Shown here: in pieces, positions 24,974 through 25,187 of the stretch
Position numbering within the stretch: the stretch's first letter is position 1
How the letters are laid out: the number at the start of each line of letters is the position of its first letter
Origin: a virus
Lineage: Duplodnaviria; Caudoviricetes
Virus record (IMG/VR): IMGVR_UViG_3300017784_000004
Span: 1 to 25,187 of that record
Direction: 5' to 3' (one strand)
DNA: 25,187 nucleotides
Notes under the pieces: generated by a model
Seen by the model: the letters and a program-made list of their open reading frames with translations, nothing else
Database searches by the model: none
What the model was told of the DNA's origin: nothing
Translations under genes and position numbers: made by a program

Positions 24974-24989
24974 CCAATAGGAGTTAATC

Positions 24990-25187
24990 ATGCGCATTCT
25001 GAACCTAACACAGCACCCCGCAACCGCCGACCAGCTGTCGGCGGGGGTTGTAGACCTCAGCGCCGATCAGCGCACCATCGTGAGCCGTTGGCTCACCTTC
25101 GATGAGGTGCCCAGCGCCAGCACGATTACCACACGAGCCAAGTTGTTGGCGCAGGCCGCTGCCGATGACAGCATCATCATCGGAGAA
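24990..25187 (+). CDS. Truncated early protein, N-terminus resembling Csx20/Csx15-type Rossmann-like proteins
   Basis: Not in the ORF track; SD AGGAG (24979-83); MRILNLTQHPATADQLSAGVVDLSADQRTIVSRWLTFDEVPSASTITTRAKLLAQAAADDSIIIGE... open to the window end. Confidence 0.6.
   Translation, partial: MRILNLTQHPATADQLSAGVVDLSADQRTIVSRWLTFDEVPSASTITTRAKLLAQAAADDSIIIGE

Noticed and set aside
24531-25105. ORFs 24531..24977 (-) and 24866..25105 (+)
   Set aside because: They overlap structured RNA and better-supported genes with clear SDs in other frames.

Overview
This window is part of a tailed dsDNA phage genome with podovirus-like architecture, resembling uncultured freshwater Caudoviricetes. From 23972 down to 1, a tightly packed minus-strand morphogenesis operon encodes: TerS, TerL, portal, a small conserved ORF, a GroES-like co-chaperonin, scaffold, two capsid-associated proteins and a Mu gpT-like major capsid protein. 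It continues with a terminator and internal promoter driving a pseudoknotted leader RNA, a decoration protein, and an RcGTA-like head-spike base plus a triple-LamG head fiber. Next come a cluster of small Lys/Gly/Met-rich proteins sharing a hydrophobic-x-x-G-G motif, head-tail adaptors, an S74-chaperoned tail fiber, holin-like genes, a GH24 endolysin, a tail nozzle and a truncated ejection-type protein. A control region at about 23975-24430 is followed by plus-strand, probably early, genes that are flanked by identical palindromes and structured RNA; one truncated ORF resembles Csx20/Csx15-type proteins. The most notable observations are the xxGG-motif protein cluster, the candidate ring-nuclease-like early gene, an sRNA/uORF pair upstream of terS, the capsid-downstream pseudoknot RNA and two in-frame gene scars. 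All family assignments come from motif recognition by eye; no database search was run.
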